Below are positions 16,443 through 24,259 of a DNA stretch of 24,658 nucleotides, piece by piece. Made by a program: the position numbers and the translations under genes. Each line of letters opens with the position of its first letter. Position 1 is the first letter of the stretch. The notes beneath the pieces are model-generated. The model did not search any database. It was not told the origin of the DNA and saw only the letters and a program-made list of their open reading frames with translations. Source of the DNA: Campylobacteraceae bacterium. GTDB taxonomy: Bacteria; Campylobacterota; Campylobacteria; Campylobacterales; Sulfurovaceae. The stretch lies in the NCBI GenBank assembly GCA_027081355.1, contig JALWKP010000031.1:1-24658 (forward strand), given 5' to 3'.

Positions 16443-17327
16443 TTATCCCGCTAATTCGTTGTATATTTTCTCCATCAGCGGTGTTTTAATCCCATATTTT
16501 TTGCTTAAATTTATAACTGAACCCAAAAGAGAATCTATTTCGCTTTTTTTGCCTTTTTCCAAATCTAGCTGCATAGAGGTTTTTGCGCCCTCAGTAACTT
16601 TAGAAGCTTGGGCAAGAGCGGAGTTTACATCATCTTGTGTCAGGGGGATAGAGAGTTTTTGCGCCAGCGCCGTTATTTCATTAAAGAGTTCTTTTAACTC
16701 ATTGCTGTGCTCTTTGGCAATAACATCCATACTCTTTTTATAATAGCTTGTAAGCGCTGCCATTGCCGATATAAAGAGGAACTTTTTCCAAATTTCATAA
16801 TCGATATCTTCTGTCTGTTTATGGCGGAGCTTTGCGCGGTTGAAAAGATTTGCAATATTTTTAAACTCCTTTGAACCGCCCCAGCATAGTTTAAATACTT
16901 TGCCTTTTTTTACAATCACTCCCGGACTTTTAATATTTGAAATAATATAAACACACCCTTTTAAAATATTCGCCTGCGGATAAAGCTTTTTAACCGTTTT
17001 ATCGTATTCAATTCCGTTTAATAGAGGTAAAATTACAGTTTCTTTGCCGATATTGGAAGATAAGCCTTTTAAAACATTTTCTAAATCATAAGATTTTACC
17101 CCAATTATGATTAAATCAAAAATACCTTCGCTTTGGGCATTTTCTACTGCTTTAGCGGGCTTTACGATAAATTCCTCTTTGTTATCTATAACCTTTAGCC
17201 CCTCTTTTTGAATAGCTTTTAAATGTTCTTTGCGCGCTAAAAAAACAACCTCTGCATCTGTATGCAAAATCAGCTGCGACCCAATATAACCCCCAACGCC
17301 TCCGGCACCTGCAATCAAAATGCGCAT
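16443..17327 (-). CDS. panE: 2-dehydropantoate 2-reductase (ketopantoate reductase)
   Basis: MRILIAGAGGVGGYIGSQL is a Rossmann GxGxxG. ...KTSMQLDLEKGKKSEID is the ApbA C-terminal signature. Confidence 0.82.
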   Translation of the reverse strand: MRILIAGAGGVGGYIGSQLILHTDAEVVFLARKEHLKAIQKEGLKVIDNKEEFIVKPAKAVENAQSEGIFDLIIIGVKSYDLENVLKGLSSNIGKETVILPLLNGIEYDKTVKKLYPQANILKGCVYIISNIKSPGVIVKKGKVFKLCWGGSKEFKNIANLFNRAKLRHKQTEDIDYEIWKKFLFISAMAALTSYYKKSMDVIAKEHSNELKELFNEITALAQKLSIPLTQDDVNSALAQASKVTEGAKTSMQLDLEKGKKSEIDSLLGSVINLSKKYGIKTPLMEKIYNELAG

Positions 17328-17485
17328 TTAAAATCCTTTTAAAACCAAAAATTGTGAATATGTTATTCCATTGAATTTAGATTAATATTTTACTCTTTTC
17401 TTCTTCAAAACCTCTTTTAAAAGAAGATGTTTTTAAAATGCCGCTGTAAGTTATTGCAGCATAGCTTTTAAGAAAAAGAGACAAG

Positions 17486-17545
17486 AAAACCACAGTATAA
17501 TAGCCGGTTCTAAAGTATGGTTTTTGAAAGTATTATTTTATTTAT
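17486..17545 (+). repeat. Truncated copy D of the MITE-like element (left about 60 bp only)
   Basis: aaaccacagtataatagccggttctaaagtatggtttttgaaagtatta aligns to the left end of copy A, 75 bp upstream of it. Confidence 0.6.
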
Positions 17546-17619
17546 ATGGTGTAAGTATCGTAAATAGGGGAGGGTCATCGCCATTAAATTAAGAATTTTA
17601 TATCCATAAAATGCAGAAA

Positions 17620-17782
17620 GAGACCACTGCACAATAGTTAGTTCCAAAGTATGGTGCTAGAAAGTATCAGAAATTAAATAAAATTACTCGAAAGCCTAGC
17701 CAAAGCTAAGCAGAGAGGAATTTTTTTGATTTATGATATTTTATAGTGCCGTAATTTGGGCTAACTATTGTGCAGTGGTCTC
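17620..17782 (+). mobile_element. MITE-like dispersed element, copy A (163 bp, perfect 20-bp terminal inverted repeats)
   Basis: Left TIR gagaccactgcacaatagtt (17620-17639). The right TIR aactattgtgcagtggtctc (17763-17782) is its exact reverse complement. Internal core ...ggtgctagaaagtatcagaaattaaataaa...ctagccaaagctaagcagagagga...gatttatgatattttatagtgccgtaatttgggct. No ORF lies within it. Confidence 0.8.
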
Positions 17783-17940
17783 ACAAAGCTTAAAGCTGAC
17801 AGAGAAAAGCATCTTGACATTCGTATTACAGAATCAAAAACAAATTTCTCTAATCTCCAATTTCTAATCTCTAATCTCTCTTCTCTAAATGGGTATTTTA
17901 CTATTAAGTTAATGATAATGCAGGAAAGTAATAAAATAAG

Positions 17941-18025
17941 TGGTGCGGATGAGAGGAGTCGAACCTCCACGCCTTGCGGCACTAGATCCTAAGTCTAGCG
18001 TGTCTGCCAGTTCCACCACATCCGC
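17941..18025 (-). tRNA. tRNA-Leu (anticodon TAG), class II with long variable arm
   Basis: rc: GCGGATG TG GTGG...CACG C TAGAC-TTAGGAT-CTAGT GCCGCAAGGCGT GGAGG-TTCGACT-CCTCT CATCCGC A CCA. 7-bp acceptor; CCA encoded. Confidence 0.85.
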
Positions 18026-18052
18026 AAAAAGGTTTAGCAATAAGCTAAAAGG

Positions 18053-18129
18053 TGGTACACCCGTTAGGATTCGAACCTAAGACCGCCCGCTTAGAAGGCG
18101 GGTGCTCTATCCAGCTGAGCTACGAGTGC
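18053..18129 (-). tRNA. tRNA-Arg (anticodon TCT)
   Basis: rc: GCACTCG TA GCTC AGCTGGATA GAGC A CCCGC-CTTCTAA-GCGGG CGGTC TTAGG-TTCGAAT-CCTAA CGGGTGT A CCA. Confidence 0.8.
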
Positions 18130-18191
18130 ATTTAAAATGGTTGCATATAGCACAAAAGGCTAATTAATCGCCTCTAGCCTACCAAACAGGT

Positions 18192-18268
18192 TGGTACGCC
18201 AGAGAGGATTTGAACCCCTAACCCTCTGATCCGAAGTCAGATGCTCTATCCAATTGAGCCACTGGCGC
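18192..18268 (-). tRNA. tRNA-Arg (anticodon TCG, by my fold)
   Basis: rc: GCGCCAG TG GCTC AATTGGATA GAGC A TCTGA-CTTCGGA-TCAGA GGGTT AGGGG-TTCAAAT-CCTCT CTGGCGT A CCA. Confidence 0.7.
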
Positions 18269-18291
18269 ATTTTAGAGGGAAGTGACTATAA

Positions 18292-18369
18292 TGGGGTGGA
18301 TAATGGGATTCGAACCCACGGCCCCCAGAGCCACAATCTGGTGCTCTAACCAACTGAGCTATATCCACC
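18292..18369 (-). tRNA. tRNA-His (anticodon GTG) with encoded G-1
   Basis: rc: G GTGGATA TA GCTC AGTTGGTTA GAGC A CCAGA-TTGTGGC-TCTGG GGGCC GTGGG-TTCGAAT-CCCAT TATCCAC C CCA. G-1 pairs with C73. Confidence 0.85.
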
Positions 18370-18377
18370 GCATAAGA

Positions 18378-18454
18378 TGGTCGGAGTGAAAGGACTCGAA
18401 CCTTCGACCCCCTGGTCCCAAACCAGGTGCGCTACCAGACTGCGCTACACTCCG
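18378..18454 (-). tRNA. tRNA-Pro (anticodon TGG)
   Basis: rc: CGGAGTG TA GCGC AGTCTGGTA GCGC A CCTGG-TTTGGGA-CCAGG GGGTC GAAGG-TTCGAGT-CCTTT CACTCCG A CCA. Confidence 0.85.
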
Positions 18455-18534
18455 TTAAATTATGGAGTGCAATTATAAGTAAAAAAACTTTAAATGTCAA
18501 TAGTTTTTGCAAAAAAAATAATTTTTTTGTTAAA

Positions 18535-19917
18535 TTATTTATTATCAAAGATGGATTCAAGCCTTTTTACCATTTCTAAAGCCTCTTCTTTGCTCAAAAT
18601 TTCACCCTCTATTTGGGCTTGATAAATTTTATTTAATATTTCACTGAATTTCGGCGACGGTTCTAATCCTAAATTTATCAAATCCCGCCCCTCTAATACT
18701 CTTTTTGGGGGCGCTTTTAGGCAATTTAAATCTTTTGCTTTTTTTAAAAGCCACTCTCCGGCTTCAAATTTCTCTTCATCTGCTCCGCCCCTGCCGTAAA
18801 AATCGGCTTGCGCCAATTTTACCAAACGGCTTATATTTACTTTTAAAGAGAGCCTTCTAATAGCGCTGCTTTTTGCCCCGCCTCTAAATAACTGCATAGG
18901 ACGCAAGTGAAATTCTACCAATTTTGCAACTTCGCGCTTTAACTCTTTATTATTTGTTAATCTTTTTAAAAAGTTCAGTGTCGGCTCAATTCCCTCTTTT
19001 TCGTGGTTAAATGCCCTAATCCGCCCATTGATAACTTTAGTAGTTGCCGGTTTTCCAAAATCGTGGCACAGTGCGCTAAACATTAAAATTAAATCTTCTT
19101 TCTCACTGCCGGTTCTTAATTTTGCCGCTTCATCAACCACCATTAATGTGTGAATCCAAACATCCCCCTCGGGATGATATGCCGGTTCTTGTTTTGTGCC
19201 TATTAGAGCCTCAAGCTCAGGAAAATATTTTAATATTCCAAATTCACGCATTAATTTTAATCCGACAGACGGTTTTGGAGCTTTTAAAAGCAGCTTTTTT
19301 ATCTCTTCGTAAATTCTCTCTTTTGGCAACTCTTCTAAATTGCCATTATCAACCAATTGACAACACAGTTTACGGGTTTCATTGCTAACTTTAAACCCAA
19401 ATCTTGCCGCAAACTGCACGGCTCTGTAAACTCTTAGCGGGTCTTGCGTAAAACTCTCTTTGTCAATTATTTGTAAAGTTTTGCTTTTAATATCTTCAGC
19501 GCCCCCAAATGGGTCAAGCAATTTCTGCTCTAAAATATCCCACCCCAAAGCATTGATTGTAAAATCCCGTCTTCTGGCAGCTTCTTTAAAATTTAGTTTC
19601 GCATCAACTTTAATTTCAAATCCCCTGTGCCCTTTGCCAACTTTGCTCTCTTGGCGCGGCATAGAAAAATCAAACTCGGTTTTGTCAATTCTAAGTTTTA
19701 CAACTCCAAAACTTTTGCCAACTAAATTTACAGCACCAAACTCCGATAAAATGGATGCTAAATCATTGTAAGAATTGATATTGTAAACCTCTATGTCAAA
19801 ATCTTTTACATCTTTTTGTAAAACAAAATCACGAACCGCCCCGCCAACTAAAATAGCTTTTGCCCCCGCTTTATCTAGCCGGTTTGCTATATCTATTAAA
19901 ATTTTTGGCAATTTCAT
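18535..19917 (-). CDS. cca: CCA-adding enzyme (tRNA nucleotidyltransferase with HD phosphohydrolase domain)
   Basis: LVGGAVRDFVLQKDVKDFDIEVY is the pol-beta head. Also RRDFTINAL, DPLRVYRAVQFAARFGF, HPEGDVWIHTLMVVD and LCHDFGK (HD). The start is trimmed to MKLPKI (or MERVMK at 19929). The track's 39-aa N-terminal extension is not CCA-like. Confidence 0.8.
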   Translation of the reverse strand: MKLPKILIDIANRLDKAGAKAILVGGAVRDFVLQKDVKDFDIEVYNINSYNDLASILSEFGAVNLVGKSFGVVKLRIDKTEFDFSMPRQESKVGKGHRGFEIKVDAKLNFKEAARRRDFTINALGWDILEQKLLDPFGGAEDIKSKTLQIIDKESFTQDPLRVYRAVQFAARFGFKVSNETRKLCCQLVDNGNLEELPKERIYEEIKKLLLKAPKPSVGLKLMREFGILKYFPELEALIGTKQEPAYHPEGDVWIHTLMVVDEAAKLRTGSEKEDLILMFSALCHDFGKPATTKVINGRIRAFNHEKEGIEPTLNFLKRLTNNKELKREVAKLVEFHLRPMQLFRGGAKSSAIRRLSLKVNISRLVKLAQADFYGRGGADEEKFEAGEWLLKKAKDLNCLKAPPKRVLEGRDLINLGLEPSPKFSEILNKIYQAQIEGEILSKEEALEMVKRLESIFDNK

Positions 19918-20026
19918 AACTCTTTCCATTCTCCTATCAGGGTAAAAAACAATGAGATTATGCAAAAGCTTGAAAAAAAGGAGCGGGGACTTTCGCACAG
20001 TCTCAATGTGAGCAGGGGTAATTCCC

Positions 20027-20554
20027 TCAATCCTCAATCCTAAAACCTAAAACTTCTCTTTCCCACTTTTTCGCATTAGGTTCTTTAAAGTAGCGGTTTA
20101 CTTTAAATTCACTCTCTTTTAACTCAAGCAAAACACACTCGGTTAAGTTTTTATTTCGCGCGCAAACCTCACCCGGGTTTAAAAATAACGATTTGCCGCG
20201 AAGTTCGGCGCTAAATTGATGCAAATGCCCAAAGAGCACCAAATCGCAATCGGCGCTCATATAGTATGGAAGGTGCATCATTTTTACTGTATAATCTTTG
20301 ATTTTTAAATAGTAAGGTTCTCTTTTAATCCGGTAATTTGCCTCTGCATGCATTAGTGCAATATCGTTATTTCCAAAAACAGCAGCATAAGGCACGCCCG
20401 CTTCGCTTAAAGCTTTTAAATTCTCTTCATTCTCTAAGTCACCTAGGTGCAAAAGATACTGAGCACCCTCCAAGAGCAGTTTTTCAATCGCCTTTTTTTG
20501 CAAATCTCCGCGTCTGTGGGTATCTGAAAGAACGCCTATTTTTACACTGCTCAC
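20027..20554 (-). CDS. Metallophosphoesterase, YfcE/MJ0936-like phosphodiesterase
   Basis: Motifs VLSDTHRR, HLGDL, GNND, GHLH. 175 aa. The stop overlaps the topA start (4-nt overlap). Confidence 0.75.
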   Translation of the reverse strand: MSSVKIGVLSDTHRRGDLQKKAIEKLLLEGAQYLLHLGDLENEENLKALSEAGVPYAAVFGNNDIALMHAEANYRIKREPYYLKIKDYTVKMMHLPYYMSADCDLVLFGHLHQFSAELRGKSLFLNPGEVCARNKNLTECVLLELKESEFKVNRYFKEPNAKKWEREVLGFRIED

Positions 20555-22752
20555 TTTTTCTCTTCTACCTTATAATCGCATTTTAAACACTGTGTTACGC
20601 TTTTGGTTTTCAACTCTTTATGAACTAACATATATCCGCACTCTGGGCATTTCTCTTTTAGCGGAGTTGCATTTGTGATAAATTTGCATTTTGGGTAATT
20701 CTCGCATCCGTAAAATTTGCCCCTTCTTCCGCTGCGCTCAAGCAGTTTGCCGCCGCATTCTGGACAAGGGGCGTCTGCCTCTTTGGGCGGAGTTAAAGGT
20801 TTTGCATTTTTACATTTTGGATACGCCGAACAAGCCAAAAATTTGCCTCTGCGCGATTTTTTAATAACCATCGGGCTGCCGCACTTTTCGCATAGCTCAT
20901 CTGTTGTCTCAGGCTCATCTTTTTTGCCGTCTTCTTTCATATTTCGGCTGTATTTGCATTTTGGAAAATTGGAGCACGAAATAAATTCGCCGTAGCGCCC
21001 TTTTCTTATAACCAGCTCCCCGTCTTCGCAGCTGGGGCACTTTTCGCCAATTGGAGTAACAGTTTTTAGCGATTTAATCTCTTTTTTGCCCCTCTCTATT
21101 TTGGCAATAAAAGGTTCGTAAAATTTGCGCAAAACCTCTTGCCAATTCTCTTTGCCCATTGCGATTTCATCAAGTGTCTCTTCCATTTTAGATGTAAAGT
21201 TAGAATCAACAATTTCGGCAAAGTGTTTCTCCAGCATCTCAATAACCGTAAAAGCTATTTCGGTAGGATGGATGCGTTTTTTCTCTATTTCTATATATTT
21301 TCTAGCTTGCAAAATAGAAATTGTCGGCGCATAAGTGCTTGGGCGTCCGATTCCTCTTTTTTCCAGCTCTTTAATCAAGCTCGCTTCGCTATATCTTGCA
21401 GGAGGTTCGGTCTGATGCTCTTTTGCTTCGATTTTATCGAGTTTAATGCTTTGTTTCTCTTCCAGCTTTGGCAAAATTGTATCTTTTTCGCTGTAACCTG
21501 CAACTTTGTAAAACCCATCAAAAAGCATCTTTTTACCCTGCGCTTTAAATACCGCGCGGCTGCCTTTGATAAATAGATTTTGCAATTCATATTTAGCATC
21601 TGCCATCTGGCAGGCTAAAAAGCGGTTGTAAATTAGGGTATATAATCTTAATTCCGAACTTTCTAAGTATTTTGCCGCAATTTCGGGTGTAAATTCGATA
21701 TTTGTAGGGCGGATTGCTTCGTGCGCTTCTTGGGCTGCTTTTGATTTTGTGGCGTAAACTTTTGCTTTGCCTGGCAGATATTTGTCGCCGAATTTCTCTT
21801 TAATAAAATCTCTGGCACTCTCTACCGCCTCTTTTGCAAGGTTTAAACTGTCTGTTCTCATATAAGTTATAACCCCGCTGATGCCTTTGTCGGTTTTCAC
21901 CCCCTCATACAGCTTTTGGGCAATTTGCATTGTGCGTTTTGGTGCAAAGCCAAGCTGCGAAGAAGCCGCCTGCTGAAGCGTAGAAGTCATAAAAGGCGGC
22001 TGAGGTTTTGCGGTTTTCTTAACAGTTTCAATTGAATCAACCGTAAAGAGGTCTGCTTTGCAAGATTTTACAATTTCATCGGCAAACTCTTTAGAGTTAA
22101 TATCAAGCTTTGCCAGCTTTTTCCCATCAAAACTGTAAATATTAGATTCAATTTTTTTGTCAAAAAGCGCTTGGATTGTAAAGTAAGTAACTGGTTTAAA
22201 CGCTTTAATTTCGCGCTCTTTATCGACTACAATTTTAAGCGCAGCGCTCTGAACGCGCCCGGCACTCAAACCCCTTTGAATTTTGCTCGCAAGCAGCGGC
22301 GAAAGGCGGTAACCTACAATTCTGTCTAAAAGCCGTCTTGTCTGCTGCGCATCAACGCTGTTCATATCTACTTTTCGCGGGTTTTCCAGCGCTTTTTTAA
22401 TAGCGCTTTTTGTAATTTCGTGAAATACGATTCTTGGCAGCTCGCCAGGCTCTTTGCCAATAGCCTTGGCAATATGGTATCCAATCGCTTCCCCCTCGCG
22501 GTCTTCGTCGGTTGCGATATATATATTTTCTGCCTCTTTTGCGAGTTTTTTTAACTCTTTTACGGTTTCTCTGGCATCTTTTGGCACAACATATTTTGGC
22601 GTAAATGTGCCATTGTCGATAGTTATGCCAAATGCGCTTTTAGGCAAATCCCTAATATGCCCTTTAGAAGCGACAACTTTATAGTTTTTTCCTAAAAAAT
22701 GCCCAATAGTCCGCGCTTTTGCCGGTGATTCTACAATTATTAAATTTTTCAT
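20551..22752 (-). CDS. topA: DNA topoisomerase I with four C-terminal C4 zinc ribbons
   Basis: TOPRIM MKNLIIVESPAKARTIGHFLG. Active-site GVITYMRTDS. Repeated CPxC...CxxxPKC motifs. The start is trimmed to MKNLII; the track start MLKLQK... lacks an SD. Confidence 0.88.
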   Translation of the reverse strand: MKNLIIVESPAKARTIGHFLGKNYKVVASKGHIRDLPKSAFGITIDNGTFTPKYVVPKDARETVKELKKLAKEAENIYIATDEDREGEAIGYHIAKAIGKEPGELPRIVFHEITKSAIKKALENPRKVDMNSVDAQQTRRLLDRIVGYRLSPLLASKIQRGLSAGRVQSAALKIVVDKEREIKAFKPVTYFTIQALFDKKIESNIYSFDGKKLAKLDINSKEFADEIVKSCKADLFTVDSIETVKKTAKPQPPFMTSTLQQAASSQLGFAPKRTMQIAQKLYEGVKTDKGISGVITYMRTDSLNLAKEAVESARDFIKEKFGDKYLPGKAKVYATKSKAAQEAHEAIRPTNIEFTPEIAAKYLESSELRLYTLIYNRFLACQMADAKYELQNLFIKGSRAVFKAQGKKMLFDGFYKVAGYSEKDTILPKLEEKQSIKLDKIEAKEHQTEPPARYSEASLIKELEKRGIGRPSTYAPTISILQARKYIEIEKKRIHPTEIAFTVIEMLEKHFAEIVDSNFTSKMEETLDEIAMGKENWQEVLRKFYEPFIAKIERGKKEIKSLKTVTPIGEKCPSCEDGELVIRKGRYGEFISCSNFPKCKYSRNMKEDGKKDEPETTDELCEKCGSPMVIKKSRRGKFLACSAYPKCKNAKPLTPPKEADAPCPECGGKLLERSGRRGKFYGCENYPKCKFITNATPLKEKCPECGYMLVHKELKTKSVTQCLKCDYKVEEKK

Positions 22753-22941
22753 TCTATTCCTAATATAAATATAAAATTTCTGCAATTTTAACACAAGTTT
22801 TTGAATTTATACAATATTATGTGAATTTATTTAAAGAAGAAAAGAAGTAATTATCCAAATTCGGCAGCTAAATGCCGCCGAAAACCTCACTGCAAAATAA
22901 ATGCAACCGCTGCATTTACAATTTATTAGAAAGTCTCTTTT

Positions 22942-23025
22942 TTATGCACTAAGAAGGATAAAAGAGAGAACTAAACCGTTAGTTTTTTTAACCATATAAG
23001 TTATTTTTTCTTTTAACTTTTTCAT
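22942..23025 (-). CDS. Candidate 27-aa small protein (MKKLKEKITYMVKKTNGLVLSFILLSA) with an unusually strong SD, upstream of topA
   Basis: AGGAAGGAGAGA lies 5 nt upstream of the ATG. The C-terminal half is hydrophobic. It is followed on the minus strand by hairpin AAATGCAGCGGTTGCATTT plus ATTTT. Confidence 0.3.
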   Translation of the reverse strand: MKKLKEKITYMVKKTNGLVLSFILLSA

Positions 23026-23486
23026 CAGTCTCTCCTTCCTAACTGATTAGCAGATAGCAAATATAACAATCTGCCTAGTTGTATATTATCAAGATATAAC
23101 TTAATTAACAATTTCTATTAAATGTGATTTATATGTTTGATATGTATAATTTAATAAGTTGTAGTTTTGTTATATTCGAGATATCGATATAAAATAAACT
23201 ATATAAGAAACTTTTGAAAAAATCAGCACTTTTTTAATATTTTAAGAAATTTTTTTTTTGTAACCATAAGTAACTAAAAAAACAATTTACAAAAGCAATT
23301 TAAAAAGTTTTTAATATTATAAGTTTGAAAAAGTATAAAAAAGTAATAAAGAATATAAACTATGGTGACTACTCTTCTTTAGTTTTTTTATTTTATATCT
23401 TTATCGACACTTCCAGTAAGCTTATTTTTAGTTACTTGTTTTGTGTAAATATATAACTGATAAAAACTAAATTTTTCTAAAATATG

Positions 23487-23504
23487 CGAAGCAAAAACTT
23501 CGCA
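23487..23504 (-). terminator. Hairpin plus T-tract downstream of the outer-membrane protein gene
   Basis: Minus strand reads GCGAAG-TTTTTG-CTTCGC followed by ATATTTTAG. Confidence 0.45.
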
Positions 23505-23512
23505 ATTTAATT

Positions 23513-24247
23513 TTAAAATTTAAAACTATAAGATATAGCTGCATATAATCCTTTTGTTTTTATATCGGCATTATAGCTTCCGCTTGTCTCAAAACGGTTA
23601 TATCTGTATCCGCTTTCAATACTTATGTTTTTAGAGACTTTAACTTTTATAGCTGTTCTTAAATCTGCATAAAAATCATCTGTCGGAGAAATAATTGCCT
23701 GATTTACCCATTTAACCGATTTTTCCCACTTAGGAATAGGAATCTCCGCTCGTAAATATCCAACTCCTATAAGTTTATGAAACGAAGCTTTAGTCTCTCG
23801 AGAACAGGTCTGACTTAAAAAACTGCCGTCAAAGTATCTTAATCCTAAACCATATTGAAAATCTGCTAAGTTTTTTTGCGGTTTGTCTATGTAATAAATC
23901 GCATCATAAATTTTCAAGTCTAATTTACTTTTTTGCAATTCTCCCTTGTCAAAATTTAAGCCATTTAACTGCATATCTGAAGATAATACCTTTTTACCTT
24001 CGTTTTTAATTTTTGTATATCCAAATTTAAAATTCAAATAATCGCTAGCGCCTTTTAAATCCAATACAATAGATGGTGCAAATTTTCTTTTTAAGCCTCT
24101 TTCATCTAAATCTATTACACTTCCTTGTCTTTGGAAAGTTCCGCTACTGTCTGCATTCCACCCCTCTATTTGAAACTCAACACTGTCAAATGTTTTTGCC
24201 TGCGTTAGCGAAGCTAAGGCAAGGCATATAATTAATGCTTTTTTCAT
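23513..24247 (-). CDS. Outer-membrane beta-barrel protein, function unknown
   Basis: Signal peptide MKKALIICLALASLTQA. Amphipathic beta-strand periodicity with a terminal ...AISYSFKF (C-terminal Phe). Confidence 0.6.
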   Translation of the reverse strand: MKKALIICLALASLTQAKTFDSVEFQIEGWNADSSGTFQRQGSVIDLDERGLKRKFAPSIVLDLKGASDYLNFKFGYTKIKNEGKKVLSSDMQLNGLNFDKGELQKSKLDLKIYDAIYYIDKPQKNLADFQYGLGLRYFDGSFLSQTCSRETKASFHKLIGVGYLRAEIPIPKWEKSVKWVNQAIISPTDDFYADLRTAIKVKVSKNISIESGYRYNRFETSGSYNADIKTKGLYAAISYSFKF

Positions 24248-24259
24248 CTATTTTCCTTT

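Noticed and set aside
16424-16449. Hairpin GCCGGGAT-ggttt-ATCCCGC overlapping the panE stop codon
   Set aside because: There is no U-tract in the orientation needed for either strand, so it is probably not a terminator. It may just be a stable stem at a gene end.
17761-17992. ORFs 17761..17982 (minus) and 17768..17992 (plus)
   Set aside because: They span the right inverted repeat of MITE copy A and run into tRNA-Leu. They are non-coding repeat and tRNA sequence.
19918-20037. Long N-terminal extensions in the ORF track for cca (MRIEGITPAH...), and likewise for topA (MLKLQKFYIYIRNR), the phytase-like gene (MQRFHY...) and the SPFH gene (MLLALTKGDK)
   Set aside because: The extensions lack SD sequences and lack homology to the respective families. 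Internal ATGs with AGGAG/AAGGA-type SDs were preferred. For cca the exact start (19917 vs 19929 vs 20037) remains uncertain.
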